Below, in pieces: positions 18,392 to 28,698 of a stretch of 64,000 nucleotides of DNA. The notes beneath the pieces are model-generated. The model saw nothing but the letters and a program-made list of their open reading frames with translations, was not told the DNA's origin and did no database searches. Source of the stretch: an uncultured Pseudomonadota bacterium (GTDB lineage Bacteria > Pseudomonadota > Gammaproteobacteria > Burkholderiales > Casimicrobiaceae); assembly GCA_963781395.1 (NCBI GenBank), contig CAWAFO010000006.1:29554-93553 (forward strand), written 5' to 3'. The number at the start of each line of letters is the position of its first letter. Positions within the stretch are counted from its first letter, which is position 1. The position numbers and the translations under genes were made by a program.

Positions 18392-19618
18392 ATGCCCGCA
18401 ACCACTCACTCCCCTGCCGACCGGCACTCCACCCGCCCCACCGCGACCCTTTCGCCCCGCGCCGCCTTCTATCTGCTGGCGTCGATCACCGCCTCGTTCC
18501 TGGCCGGATCGAGTGCGCCGACCCCGCTCTATCCCGTCTACCAGGCCGAATGGGGCTTCTCGGCGACGATGGTCACGTGCATCTTCGCCGTGTACGCCGT
18601 CGCCCTGCTGGCCGCGCTGCTGGTTGCCGGCCGGCTGTCCGACCACATCGGGCGCCGCCCGGTGCTGATCGCCGCAACGCTGGCGCAGGCGGCGACGATG
18701 CTGCTGTTCGCCACTGCGGACGGTCTCGCGGGTCTGCTGGTCGCGCGCGTGCTGCAAGGCCTTTCCACCGGCGCGGCCGTCGCGGCCGTGGGTGCGGGGA
18801 TGCTGGACATCGACAGGACACGCGGCGCCGTCGCCAACGCCGCCGCGCCGCCGCTCGGCACCGCCACCGGTGCAATCCTGGCGGGGCTCACCGTGCACTT
18901 CCTGCCGGCGCCGACGGTGCTCGTCTACGGCGTACTGGGCGTGGTGTTCGTCGCGCAGGCCATCGGCGTCGCACTGATGGCCGAAACGGTGGCACCCCGT
19001 GCAGGCGCGCTCGCGTCGCTGATGCCGCAATTCAGCGTGCCCGTGCGCGCGCGCCACTCGCTGATCCTCGCCGTGCCGGTGCTGCTCGCGGCGTGGTCGT
19101 TCGGCGGCTTCTACGCGTCGCTCGGTCCCGCGCTGGTCGGCCGTGTATTCGGACTGGACGCGTCGCTGCTGGGCGGCGTCGCGCTGTTCGTGCTCGCCGG
19201 CAGCGGCGCCGCGTCCATCCTGCTGATGCAACATCACGAACCCCACCGCATGATGTCGGTCGGCGCCTGGGCACTCGTGATCGGCGTTACCGTGGTGCTC
19301 GCCGCGATGTCGCTGCATTCGGTGTTCATGTTCTTCGCGGGCTCCGTCGTCGCTGGTGTCGGCCTTGGCGCCGGCTTTCAGGGCGCCGTGCGCACCGTCG
19401 TGCCGCACGCGGCGCCGCACGAACGCGCGGGTCTGCTGTCGGTGATCTTCGTCGTGTCGTACATCGCGCTCAGCGTGCCCGCCGTGGCCGCGGGCTGGCT
19501 CGTCTCGCACGGCGGCAACATTCCGGCGACGGCACGCGAATATGGCGTCGTCGTCATCGCGCTGGCGATGGCGGCACTGCTCGGCACGATCGGGCGGCGC
19601 GCGCCGTCGCGGGCGTGA
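18392..19618 (+). CDS. MFS transporter
   Basis: SSAPTPLYPVYQ, GRLSDHIGRRPVL, about 12 TM segments; divergent from TetR. Confidence 0.9.
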   Translation: MPATTHSPADRHSTRPTATLSPRAAFYLLASITASFLAGSSAPTPLYPVYQAEWGFSATMVTCIFAVYAVALLAALLVAGRLSDHIGRRPVLIAATLAQAATMLLFATADGLAGLLVARVLQGLSTGAAVAAVGAGMLDIDRTRGAVANAAAPPLGTATGAILAGLTVHFLPAPTVLVYGVLGVVFVAQAIGVALMAETVAPRAGALASLMPQFSVPVRARHSLILAVPVLLAAWSFGGFYASLGPALVGRVFGLDASLLGGVALFVLAGSGAASILLMQHHEPHRMMSVGAWALVIGVTVVLAAMSLHSVFMFFAGSVVAGVGLGAGFQGAVRTVVPHAAPHERAGLLSVIFVVSYIALSVPAVAAGWLVSHGGNIPATAREYGVVVIALAMAALLGTIGRRAPSRA

Positions 19619-19661
19619 TGCCGGGCGTCGTCGGCGCGCTCGCGGGCGCGCGCCGGCGCAA

Positions 19662-20453
19662 TCAAGTCGCCGACAGTGCCTGCGGCACGCCGGGCGACGC
19701 GGCGAACGGCGCGCCGCGCGACGCCACGATGGCCTCGACGATCGCCGCGTAGTCGTCGGCGTCGAGCGTGCGCCCCTCGATGGCTTCACCGCACAGCGAT
19801 GCGCAGAGGTTGATCGCGCGGATCGGCCGCGCATGCAGCGCCGCGTATTCGGCGGCGAGGCGGTTGTCACCGTCGCGGACGCCGCGCGCGACATCCGGGC
19901 TCAGCATGCCGACGCTGGTCAGCAGCGGAAACGGCACGGCTTTGTAGAGGGACGACAGCAGCCGCGTCGATGTGCCGTGCGCGAGCAGGTGCTTGCCACG
20001 GCGCACCACGTCCTCGTGCGCCCAGATGGCGAAGTCGAGGAAGGCGTTGTCGCGCACGAAAACGCTGACCGAATTATTGACGCCGGCCTGCTTCAACGTC
20101 CTGCCGCCTTCGGTCCACACCCAGACCTCGTAGCAGAAGGCGAAGTCGCGCTCGATCTCGATGCGGAACGCGTCGTCGAAGACGAGGATGTCGGCATCGA
20201 TCCAGATCGTGCGGTCATAGCCGTCGTTCAGCAGGTCGCGCGCGACGAGAAGCCGCGCGAGATTGGCGAGCACGAGGATATTGTCGCCGGCGCCGCGCCG
20301 ATACCAATCCGGCAGGCGGTCGAACAGCCGGTCGTCGATGAATCGATATTCGTACTGCTGGCCACGCGCCCAATCGGCAACCGACCGCATGCACCGAGCG
20401 AGCCATGGCGCGACGTTTTGCGTGCGATAGGACTGGTAGACGATGGTCTTCAC
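19662..20453 (-). CDS. Hypothetical GT-A-like nucleotide-sugar transferase
   Basis: RTIWIDADILVFD (DxD), GVNNSV; GTG start estimated. Confidence 0.55.
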   Translation of the reverse strand: MKTIVYQSYRTQNVAPWLARCMRSVADWARGQQYEYRFIDDRLFDRLPDWYRRGAGDNILVLANLARLLVARDLLNDGYDRTIWIDADILVFDDAFRIEIERDFAFCYEVWVWTEGGRTLKQAGVNNSVSVFVRDNAFLDFAIWAHEDVVRRGKHLLAHGTSTRLLSSLYKAVPFPLLTSVGMLSPDVARGVRDGDNRLAAEYAALHARPIRAINLCASLCGEAIEGRTLDADDYAAIVEAIVASRGAPFAASPGVPQALSAT

Positions 20454-20794
20454 GGCAGATCGGGACGCCGCGCCGGCGATGCCGCCGCACCCTTGCGCCG
20501 CGAGCGCGCGCCGGTCCCGCGGGCGATGGGCGATGGGCAATGTTAGCGGGATCACGCGCGATGCGCCAATCGCAAAGGCGCTTGCCTTCGCCGGCGATGG
20601 CTCGACGTGGCCATTCACCGCGCACAGGCAGCCGGCGGCCAACATCGCGTCACGCGGATGGGGCGCGCGTCGCATTGGCTCACCGCGTATCCGTCAAAGC
20701 ACGACAACGTTGTGGGCGTTGCGCTGACGGACGCTGCGTGCGCCGGGTGGCACTCTGGGGCCACCCTCACCCCGGGCGCGGCAGCGCATCCTTC

Positions 20795-21346
20795 ATGACG
20801 ACCATCATCTCGGGACGCTTCGAGCAGCAGGACGCGACGCAGCAGGCGCTGGAAGCGCTGGTGACCGCCGGCTTCGAGCGCTCACGCATCGCCGCGTTTT
20901 TCGTCAACGCTCCCGGCAAGCATGATCTCTATCCGGTCGGCGGCGATGAAGGCGAGTCGCCGGGGACCGAAAATGCATCCATGGGCGCCGTGGGTGGCGC
21001 GGCGGGCGCGGCCGTGATCGGCGGCGCCGTGGGCGCGCTGCTCGGTCCCGGTGGCGCCGCGGCCGGCGCGGCAGTCGGTGCCTATGTCGGCTCGTTCGAG
21101 GGCGCGATGGCGACCTCCGAAGGCCATGCCGAACCCGGCGATTCGTGGGCGCGTGCCAGGCGCGCGGTCGAGGAGCGCCAGGCGGGGATGATGCTGTCGG
21201 TCGAGACACCGAACTCGGCCAGCGAAGCGAAGGCGTTGCTGGTGCTGCGCGACGCCGGCGCCACCGACATCGAGCTCGGTCACGGCCACATCGTCGACGG
21301 CGACTGGACGGACTTCGATCCGCTGTCGCCGGTCAATCGCGTCTAG
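20795..21346 (+). CDS. Glycine-zipper membrane / general-stress-like hypothetical protein
   Basis: GAVGGAAGAAVIGGAVGALLGPGGAAAGAAVGAYVGS flanked by a small beta/alpha domain. Confidence 0.7.
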   Translation: MTTIISGRFEQQDATQQALEALVTAGFERSRIAAFFVNAPGKHDLYPVGGDEGESPGTENASMGAVGGAAGAAVIGGAVGALLGPGGAAAGAAVGAYVGSFEGAMATSEGHAEPGDSWARARRAVEERQAGMMLSVETPNSASEAKALLVLRDAGATDIELGHGHIVDGDWTDFDPLSPVNRV

Positions 21347-22392
21347 CGTGTAGCGACGCTGGACCCCGTGCGCGCCGCTTCGGCGATCGCGTCGACGACA
21401 CGCAGGTTCTGCAGGCCGTCGCGGCAGGTCACCAGCGGCTCGGCTTCGCCGCGGATGACCGCGGCGAAATGCTCGATCTGGTTGGCGAGCGGGTCCGCGT
21501 GCACCAGCGTTTCCGTCTGGGTGCGGAAGGGCTTGAACCACGAGCGGTCCTCCTCGCGGTCGTAGAGGTGCAGGCGCATCGTCGGCACCGCGAGCGAACC
21601 ACGCGTGCCGATGAGCGTGTACGCGTCCTCCTCGCCGTAGTGCGCATACGCCTTGTTCTCGCCTGACGACTGTTCCCAGCTCTTCGGCGATGCAGCGGTG
21701 TCGGACAGCAGGAACGTGCCCAGCGCGCCCTGCGCGAAGCGCAGGTTGATCGCCACCGTGTCCTCCACGTCGAAACCGCGCGTCGCGTTCGAGGCGAACG
21801 CCTGCACCGCGACGATCTCGCCGACCATCGCGCGCAGGTTGCCGATCTCGTGGATCAGGTTGATGAGGATCGGGCCGCCGCCGGGTGCCCGGCGCCACGC
21901 ATACGGGCCCTCGAAATAGTCGTCCGGCTTGTGGAATACGGCGCTGCCCATAACCCCCACGAGCGCGCCCAGCACGCCCGACTGCACGATCGCGACGGCC
22001 TTGTGCAGGATCGGGCTGTGGCGGCGATGATGGCCGACGAGCAGCTTCGCGTGCGCGCGCTCGGCGGCTTCGCACAGGCGCAGGCCTTCGGCGTACGTGT
22101 GGCCGACCGGTTTTTCGACCAGCGCGGGCACGCCGGCCGCGACGCACTCGAGTCCCTGTTCGACATGCAATGCGTTCGGCGTCGCCAGGATCACGCCATC
22201 CGGTCGCTGCGCGTCGAACAACGCGCGCAGCGTCGGGAACAGCGGCACGCCCTCGCGCGCGGCAACCTCGACGGCCTTGGGCGACGGGTCGACGATCGCT
22301 GCCAGCACGCTCGAGCGGCTGCGGTCGATCTCCTCGATGTGACGCAGGCCGATGAGCCCGGCGCCCGCGACGGCGATACGCACCTTGTTCAT
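21343..22392 (-). CDS. Gfo/Idh/MocA family oxidoreductase
   Basis: IAVAGAGLIG, LATPNALH, LVEKP, VGHHRRH, GGGPILINLIHEI. Confidence 0.9.
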   Translation of the reverse strand: MNKVRIAVAGAGLIGLRHIEEIDRSRSSVLAAIVDPSPKAVEVAAREGVPLFPTLRALFDAQRPDGVILATPNALHVEQGLECVAAGVPALVEKPVGHTYAEGLRLCEAAERAHAKLLVGHHRRHSPILHKAVAIVQSGVLGALVGVMGSAVFHKPDDYFEGPYAWRRAPGGGPILINLIHEIGNLRAMVGEIVAVQAFASNATRGFDVEDTVAINLRFAQGALGTFLLSDTAASPKSWEQSSGENKAYAHYGEEDAYTLIGTRGSLAVPTMRLHLYDREEDRSWFKPFRTQTETLVHADPLANQIEHFAAVIRGEAEPLVTCRDGLQNLRVVDAIAEAARTGSSVATR

Positions 22393-22487
22393 GCGCGCCT
22401 TGCGCTCCCCGATTGCGATGACGGAAGATGCGCGCACGGGTCGCTGCAGTATGCTTGCCCTCTCTGCGGCACGTAGCAGACCTTTTC

Positions 22488-23222
22488 ATGCATGCAAAGG
22501 ATTCTAGCCCCGCCGATGCGATGAAGGCCGAGGCCGCGCGCGAACTCGCGCCAATGGGCCGGCTGCGCGCGGCGATCAACCTCGGCAATCCCGTGCTCGC
22601 CCACGCGGGCGCAGCAGGCGCGGATCCCGGCGGCATCAGCGTCGACCTCGCACGCGCGGTCGCGCGCGATCTCGGGATCGACGTCGCGCTGGTGCCGTTT
22701 GCGTCGGCGGGTGCGGTCGTCAAGGCCGCGACGAGCGACCTGTGGGACATGGCGTTTCTCGCCGCCGAACCCGAGCGCGCGACGAGCCTCGCATTCTCGC
22801 CGCCGTACGTGGAGATCGACGGCACGTTTCTCGTGCTGGCGTCGGCGCCGTTCGCCTCGTGTGCCGACGTCGATCGCGCCGATGTCACGGTCGCGGTGGC
22901 ACTCAACGCGGCCTACGATCTGCACCTGACGCGCACGCTCGCGCACGCGCAGCTGGTGCGCGTCCCGGACGGCGCGGAATCGCTGCGGCTTTTCGACGAC
23001 GCGGGCGTGACGGTGGCCGCCGGCATCCGCCAGGCGCTCGATCGCCACGCGAGCGGCCGCGCCGGCCTGCGCGTGCTGCCGGATCGTTTCATGGCGATCC
23101 GACAGGCGATCGCGGTGGCGAAGGAGCGGCAGGCGGCGGCGATCTATCTCGCCGCCTTCGTCACCGCTGCGCTGGCCGATGGCACGATCGCGCGCATCGT
23201 GGCGTCGCACGCCGCGCGATGA
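22488..23222 (+). CDS. Amino-acid-type substrate-binding domain protein (SBP family 3)
   Basis: LAPMGRLRAAINLGNPVL, GISVDLARA, FSPPYVEIDG; start uncertain. Confidence 0.75.
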   Translation: MHAKDSSPADAMKAEAARELAPMGRLRAAINLGNPVLAHAGAAGADPGGISVDLARAVARDLGIDVALVPFASAGAVVKAATSDLWDMAFLAAEPERATSLAFSPPYVEIDGTFLVLASAPFASCADVDRADVTVAVALNAAYDLHLTRTLAHAQLVRVPDGAESLRLFDDAGVTVAAGIRQALDRHASGRAGLRVLPDRFMAIRQAIAVAKERQAAAIYLAAFVTAALADGTIARIVASHAAR

Positions 23223-23236
23223 GCGCCGCCGCATGA

Positions 23237-24403
23237 TCAGGTCGACGCGCTGCCGAGCCGCCACAGCGACGTGACCTCCGCGCGGCGTGCCGCGTGCAGC
23301 GGATCGGACGGGTCGGATGCGCGCGGATGATGCGGACGCACGTCGCTGCGTCCGGTGACGGCCAGGCCGGCGCTCGCGATCGCGCCCAGCAAGTCGTCGC
23401 GGGCGCGTAAGCCGAGGTGCTCGGCAAGGTCGGAGAGGATCAGCCAGCCTTCGCCGCCCGGCGCCAGATGCGCGGGCAATCCGGCGAGGAAACCCTTGAG
23501 CATGCGGCTGTCGGCGTCGTAGATACCCTGCTCGAGCGGCGCGCTCGGGCGCGCGGGAACCCACGGTGGATTGCACACGACCAGCGCTACGCGTCCCGGC
23601 GGAAAAAGATCGGCCTCCACCACGTCGACGCGCGCGGCGAGCCCGAGACGCGCCAGGTTGTCGCGGGCACACGCCAGCGCGCGCGGCGACTGGTCGGTGG
23701 CGATCACGCGGCCGACACCGCGGCGCGCGAGAACCGCCGCGAGCACGCCGGTGCCCGTGCCGATATCGAAAGCCATATTGCACGCGGCGAGCGCCGCCGG
23801 CAGCGGCTCGCGCGCGACGAGATCGACGTATTCGCCGCGGATGGGCGCGAACACGGCGTAGTGCGGATGGATGCGCTCGCCGCCGAGCGCCGGCATTTCG
23901 ATGCCCCGTCGGCGCCATTCATGTGCGCCGATGATGCCGAGCAGTTCGCGCAGCGACGTTACCGAGGCCAGGGCTCCCGGGGCGTAGGCCTCGATGCATG
24001 CTTCGCGCACGTCGGGCGCGCGCCGCAGCGGCACGCCAAAGTCGGCATCCAGCGGGACCAGCAGCATGCCCAGCGTGCGTGCCCGCTGCGCACGTGCCTG
24101 GCGCAGGCGATTGAACGTATCGACTGCCGCCGGCGGCGGCGCCGTGGCGCCGGATTTTGCGGGCTGGCGCAGTCCGCGGTCGGCGCGACTCGCCATCGCC
24201 GCCAGCAGCTGTCGCGCGTTGTGGAAATCGCCGCGCCACAGGAGGCCGGTGCCCTGCGCCGCAAGACCGTAGGCTTCGTCGGCGGCGAGGCGATCGTCGG
24301 CGATCACGACGCGCGCCGGTGGCGGCGCTCCGCGCTCGGAACGCCACACGGCGGCGCGCGCCTCGCCATCCTCCGTCCACTGCAGCAACGGCGTCGCCGT
24401 CAC
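23237..24403 (-). CDS. Class I SAM-dependent methyltransferase (MTS-like, NPPW motif)
   Basis: FDIGTGTGVL, VCNPPW; GTG start estimated. Confidence 0.85.
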   Translation of the reverse strand: MTATPLLQWTEDGEARAAVWRSERGAPPPARVVIADDRLAADEAYGLAAQGTGLLWRGDFHNARQLLAAMASRADRGLRQPAKSGATAPPPAAVDTFNRLRQARAQRARTLGMLLVPLDADFGVPLRRAPDVREACIEAYAPGALASVTSLRELLGIIGAHEWRRRGIEMPALGGERIHPHYAVFAPIRGEYVDLVAREPLPAALAACNMAFDIGTGTGVLAAVLARRGVGRVIATDQSPRALACARDNLARLGLAARVDVVEADLFPPGRVALVVCNPPWVPARPSAPLEQGIYDADSRMLKGFLAGLPAHLAPGGEGWLILSDLAEHLGLRARDDLLGAIASAGLAVTGRSDVRPHHPRASDPSDPLHAARRAEVTSLWRLGSAST

Positions 24404-24405
24404 CG

Positions 24406-24819
24406 CTACAACTCGTCGTACTTGCGGCGGCTGCCGCGCGCCTTGTCCACCGGATATTTCTTGGCATTTGCCGCGAGCTTGCGACGGGCGGCGTCGAAGA
24501 GGTCTACGCCCAGCGTGTCGGCGAGCCGCACGAGATACAGCAGGACGTCGGCCAGCTCGTCGCGGGCCGCCTCGAGCGCGGCGGGCTCGAGATGGCGGCT
24601 CTCGTCCTCGGTCAGCCACTGGAATACTTCGATGAGCTCGCCTGCTTCCGCCGACAGCGCCATCGCCAGGTTCTTCGGCGAATGGAAGATCTCCCACTCG
24701 CGCTCGCCTGCGAACACCCGCAATGCGTCGCGCAGCGTGTCGAGGGCCGTCGCCTGATGCCCGGCCGCGGCATCGGCTCGTGAATCCTGCGCGGCGCCAG
24801 GCACGTCGGGGCTGTTCAT
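24406..24819 (-). CDS. MazG-like nucleotide pyrophosphohydrolase
   Basis: WEIFHSPKNLAMALSAEAGELIE, DELADV, KLAANAKKYP. Confidence 0.9.
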   Translation of the reverse strand: MNSPDVPGAAQDSRADAAAGHQATALDTLRDALRVFAGEREWEIFHSPKNLAMALSAEAGELIEVFQWLTEDESRHLEPAALEAARDELADVLLYLVRLADTLGVDLFDAARRKLAANAKKYPVDKARGSRRKYDEL

Positions 24820-24846
24820 GGCAACAGGGGGGCGTCGCGCGTCAGG

Positions 24847-26223
24847 CTAGAACGATTCATTGCGGCGCAGATATCGCCACTGGCCCACCGGCAGCGGACC
24901 CAGCGGCACGCTTCCGCTGCGCACGCGCTTGAGGCCGACGACGGCGATGCCCACGAGCTCGCACATGCGCCGGATCTGGCGCTTGCGGCCTTCGCGCAGC
25001 ACGAAGCGCAGCTGGTCCTCGTTCTGCCACGACACCTTTGCAGGCTTGAGACGGACACCATCGAGCTCGAGGCCGTGCTGCAGGCGTTCGAGGCCCTCCT
25101 TCGACAGCTTGCCTTCGACGCGCACCAGGTATTCCTTCTCGACTTCGGAATCGCGCCCGACGAGGTGCTTGGCGATGCGACCGTCCTGCGTGAACACCAG
25201 CAGCCCGGTGGAATCGATGTCGAGCCGGCCTGCGGGCGCGAGACCGCGCAGGTGGCTCGGCTTGAACTGCATCGGCGAAGGGTCGTCCGGCCAGCGGTTT
25301 TCCGGCCGGATGAGGACGGACGCCGGCTCGTATCCATGCTCCGCCTGGCCGGATACGTAACCGATCGGCTTGTTGAGCAGGATCGTGACCTGCTCGCTCT
25401 GATGCTTGGCCGCCGCACGATCGATGTCGATGCGCGCATGCGGCGCGACGCGCGTGCCGAGCGTGCCGATCACGACGCCGTCGACTTTCACCCAGCCGTT
25501 CTCGATCCATTCGTCGGCCTCGCGCCGCGAGCACAGGCCAAGCTCGCTCATGCGCTTGGAAAGGCGTGGATGATCGGGCCGCTCCTGCACGGGTGCGCGC
25601 GACGCCGCACCGGGTGCATGGGATGTCGTGGTGCGCGGGCGTGACGCCGCCGCCGGTGCGCCGCCCCGCTTCGCTGGCGCGTATGCCGATTTCGCCGGCG
25701 CCCCTGCCCGCTTCGTTGACGCTCCTCCACGCGCCTGATCCGACGCCTGGCGCGTCGCCGTCCCCGACATTGCATGGCGCGACGTGGCGGATGGCGCCGC
25801 CCCCCGTCGGCGTTCGTGCGGACGCTGGAATGCCGGCTTCGTATCGGTGCGCGGCGTGTCACCGTTGGCGATCGTTACGGATCGGTCACGGGATGCGGCG
25901 CCCGCAGCCGAGGGCGCGCGCGGCGCGCCGGCATCGGACGACCGCCGATGTCGACGCGTTTTCGCCGGACTCGTGGCGGGCGCACGCACATCTGGAATCG
26001 GGCGGGCCGTTTCATGTGCTGCCCTTTCGCCATCCGCGCCGGGCGAGACAGCGTCGGGTGCCGGCGCGACAGCGGCATCGCCGACGGGCTCGGCGGACGC
26101 CATGACACCTTGCGGTGGCCGCACCTTCTTGCCGTGGAGCGCACGCTTCGCGCGCGAGGTCATCGGCTTCGGCGCGCCCGTCGGGGCCACTCGCTTGGCA
26201 ATCTTGAGGATGGGACGGGACAT
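24847..26223 (-). CDS. rRNA pseudouridine synthase (RsuA/RluB/E/F) with long low-complexity N-terminal extension
   Basis: S4 domain [18 protein letters not shown], catalytic [21 protein letters not shown]. Confidence 0.9.
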   Translation of the reverse strand: MSRPILKIAKRVAPTGAPKPMTSRAKRALHGKKVRPPQGVMASAEPVGDAAVAPAPDAVSPGADGERAAHETARPIPDVRAPATSPAKTRRHRRSSDAGAPRAPSAAGAASRDRSVTIANGDTPRTDTKPAFQRPHERRRGAAPSATSRHAMSGTATRQASDQARGGASTKRAGAPAKSAYAPAKRGGAPAAASRPRTTTSHAPGAASRAPVQERPDHPRLSKRMSELGLCSRREADEWIENGWVKVDGVVIGTLGTRVAPHARIDIDRAAAKHQSEQVTILLNKPIGYVSGQAEHGYEPASVLIRPENRWPDDPSPMQFKPSHLRGLAPAGRLDIDSTGLLVFTQDGRIAKHLVGRDSEVEKEYLVRVEGKLSKEGLERLQHGLELDGVRLKPAKVSWQNEDQLRFVLREGRKRQIRRMCELVGIAVVGLKRVRSGSVPLGPLPVGQWRYLRRNESF

Positions 26224-26357
26224 GGGCGCGGCGACGTCCGGGAACGCAGGCCGCCATCATAGCGTTCGCGGCAGCGTGTCTCATTTTGTACGGAGAATTA
26301 CGTCCGTCGCGCGCCGCAGTTTATGCTCGCCGCACCCTCCGCGATGCCGATACGCGA

Positions 26358-26838
26358 ATGCCCGATCCGAAGCGCGACTCTTTCCCCACCGGCGCGGTAC
26401 GCCGCGCCGCCGGCCTCGCCGCGGCCGCGTTCCTCGTCGTTGCCTGCACGCACGTCGAACCGGAGGCGAAGCGCGCCGATGTTCCGGCGGTGGAGCGCAC
26501 GCGCCTGCCGGATGTGCCGGTTCCGCCGAAGGTGCCTGCCGAAACGCCGGGCGCCCCGCCGGTGCCTGCGCCGCCGGCGATCGAGGTGCCGGCCGGCACC
26601 CTGTATGTATGCGTCGTCGACCGCGGCGGCGTTGCGCAAGCAGACGACGATCGAGTTCGCGCCGAAAGTGGGTGCGCTCTGCGCCAAGCATCCCGAAATG
26701 GGACCGTGCCAATACGAGCGCAACGTGTGCCGTGCGGCGGGCGGCCGCGTCTATGCCGCCAACGGCAACGAGATCACGATGGCCACCGAAGCCGAGTACG
26801 ACAAGAAGGTGCTGCGTGTGCGGTTCAAAGCGAACTGA
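26358..26838 (+). pseudogene. Pro-rich lipoprotein with an apparent 1-nt frameshift near 26631-26634
   Basis: Frame A: lipobox LVVAC, Pro-rich linker, TLYVCVVDRGG. Frame B continues RKQTTIEFAPKVGALCAKHPEMGPCQYERNVC. Removing one T in GGCGTTGCGC joins them. Confidence 0.65.
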
Positions 26839-26868
26839 GCGACGCGCTCGGCCTGCTGCAGCGCAGCT

Positions 26869-27756
26869 TCAATCGAGGCGCACGGCGCGAGGGCCGTCGA
26901 CAGGAATCTCCATCAGGTCCTCGCCGAAGTACAGATTGCCTTTGTAGATCTCCGACATCTCCCGAATGACGCGCTCGCGCAGGCCGGGGCGGTCGAACTG
27001 CTCAGTCACGTGCGAGATGACGAGATTGCGGACGCCGGCGCTGCGCCCGAGCTCGGCGAGCTCGAGGTGGCCCATGTTGCGCTTCTCGAACTCGCGATTG
27101 AGCGCAGTGCCGCTGACGAAATGGCACATGTGCACGAGCACGTCGCAGTCGCGCGCGAGATCCACCATCGCCTGGCAGGGTCCGGCGTCGCCCGAGTAGA
27201 CGAAGCTCCTGCCGTCGCAATCGAGGCGATAGGCGAAGCATTCGAGAATGGGCTGCGCGTGGATCACCGCACCGACACTGACCTTGAAGCCGCTGCAGTC
27301 GATGACCGCGCCGGCCTCCACCGCATGCACGACCGGGCGCGGCCTGGCCCGCGGCAGCGTGCCGCCGCGGGCGACGTAGACCGCCTGGCTCATCGGCAAT
27401 TCGGTTCTCGCAACGAGATCGGGACCGAAGATGCCTTCGTCGCCGACGATCAAGTCGGTCATCCGCGCCGTAAACGCGGGACCGTAGACGTTGAGCTCGG
27501 GAATCCGGCCCGCACCCTGGTCCCAACGCGTCATCACCAGGCGAACGTAGTCGAGGCAGTGGTCGTAATGGAGATGCGTGAAGAAGACGTCGGTGATCTG
27601 CGTCGCCTTGACATTCGCCTCCATCATCCGGTGATAGGCGCCGGGTCCGCAATCGAACAGCACCTTGCGCTCGCCGACCTCGACCAGATAGCCGGCGCTC
27701 ATCCGCTTCAGCGATGGCGTCGGCGTGCCGGTGCCGAGCAGCCGGATGCGCATCAT
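26869..27756 (-). CDS. MBL-fold hydrolase, RNase Z/arylsulfatase-like
   Basis: LLGTGTP, FDCGPG, THLHYDH, YSGD, ISH; ATGA overlap with upstream gene. Confidence 0.85.
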   Translation of the reverse strand: MMRIRLLGTGTPTPSLKRMSAGYLVEVGERKVLFDCGPGAYHRMMEANVKATQITDVFFTHLHYDHCLDYVRLVMTRWDQGAGRIPELNVYGPAFTARMTDLIVGDEGIFGPDLVARTELPMSQAVYVARGGTLPRARPRPVVHAVEAGAVIDCSGFKVSVGAVIHAQPILECFAYRLDCDGRSFVYSGDAGPCQAMVDLARDCDVLVHMCHFVSGTALNREFEKRNMGHLELAELGRSAGVRNLVISHVTEQFDRPGLRERVIREMSEIYKGNLYFGEDLMEIPVDGPRAVRLD

Positions 27757-28667
27757 GTCGGTGCCGCCATCGCGGCCTGGATCGAGCCACGGCTCGCGAG
27801 CGCGGACCGAACGATGCGCAGTGCGGCTTCGCGCTCGGCGCCTTCCAGCACCAGCCGCGGCGCGCGCACCCGCTCGTGACCCATGCCGACCTCCTGCTGC
27901 ACGAGCTTGATGAGCTGCACGAACTTGGGCACGGTGTCCATCCGCAGCAGCGGCAGGAACCAGCGATAGATCGCATCGGCCTCGGCGACGTGGCCGCGCA
28001 TCGCATGCCGGAACAGCGCGACGGTCTCGCCCGGCAGCGCGTTGACGAGCCCGGCGATCCAGCCGACGGCGCCGACCCGCACGGACTCGACGATCATGTC
28101 GTCGAGCCCCGCGAACAACGCCAGGCGATCGCCGCACAGCGCCTTGACCGCGGTGATGCGACGCACGTCGCCGCCTGACTCCTTCAGCGCCCGCAAATTG
28201 TCGAGCTCGTCCGCCAGCTCGGCGATCTGCGAAGGCAGGAAGTCGGTCTTGTACGCCGGCGGATTGTTGTACAGCATGCAAGACAGCGGTGTCGCCCGAA
28301 TCACCGCCGAGACGTGCGCCTTCATTTCCCGCCAGTCGGTGCTGTAGACGTAGGGCGGCAATACCAGCAACCCCGCGCAGCCCGCCTGCTGCGCAGCCCT
28401 GGCGAACGCCACGGCTTCGTCGGTGGCGAGCGACGCGATGCCGGCGACGACCGGCGCGCCACCGACCGCACCCACGATGGTCTTCAGGATCGCCACCTTC
28501 TCGTCGAACGCCAGCGTCGCCGCCTCGCCCAGCGAGCCCGGTGCGACGATGCCGTCGCAGCCGTGGTCGACCTGCCATTTCGCATGACGGGCGAGAAAGC
28601 CGTGATCGACGTGGTCCTCGCTGTCGAAGGGCGTGGTGATCGCCGAGATGACGCCGGTCCACTTCAT
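27753..28667 (-). CDS. lhpC: DHDPS-family protein, probable pyrroline-4-hydroxy-2-carboxylate deaminase
   Basis: GSLGE, LPPYVY, MLYNNP, ALKESGGD, GWIAG; hydroxyproline context. Confidence 0.75.
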   Translation of the reverse strand: MKWTGVISAITTPFDSEDHVDHGFLARHAKWQVDHGCDGIVAPGSLGEAATLAFDEKVAILKTIVGAVGGAPVVAGIASLATDEAVAFARAAQQAGCAGLLVLPPYVYSTDWREMKAHVSAVIRATPLSCMLYNNPPAYKTDFLPSQIAELADELDNLRALKESGGDVRRITAVKALCGDRLALFAGLDDMIVESVRVGAVGWIAGLVNALPGETVALFRHAMRGHVAEADAIYRWFLPLLRMDTVPKFVQLIKLVQQEVGMGHERVRAPRLVLEGAEREAALRIVRSALASRGSIQAAMAAPT

Positions 28668-28698
28668 GGTAGCTCCTGTGCGGGATTGAAAGCTGCGA

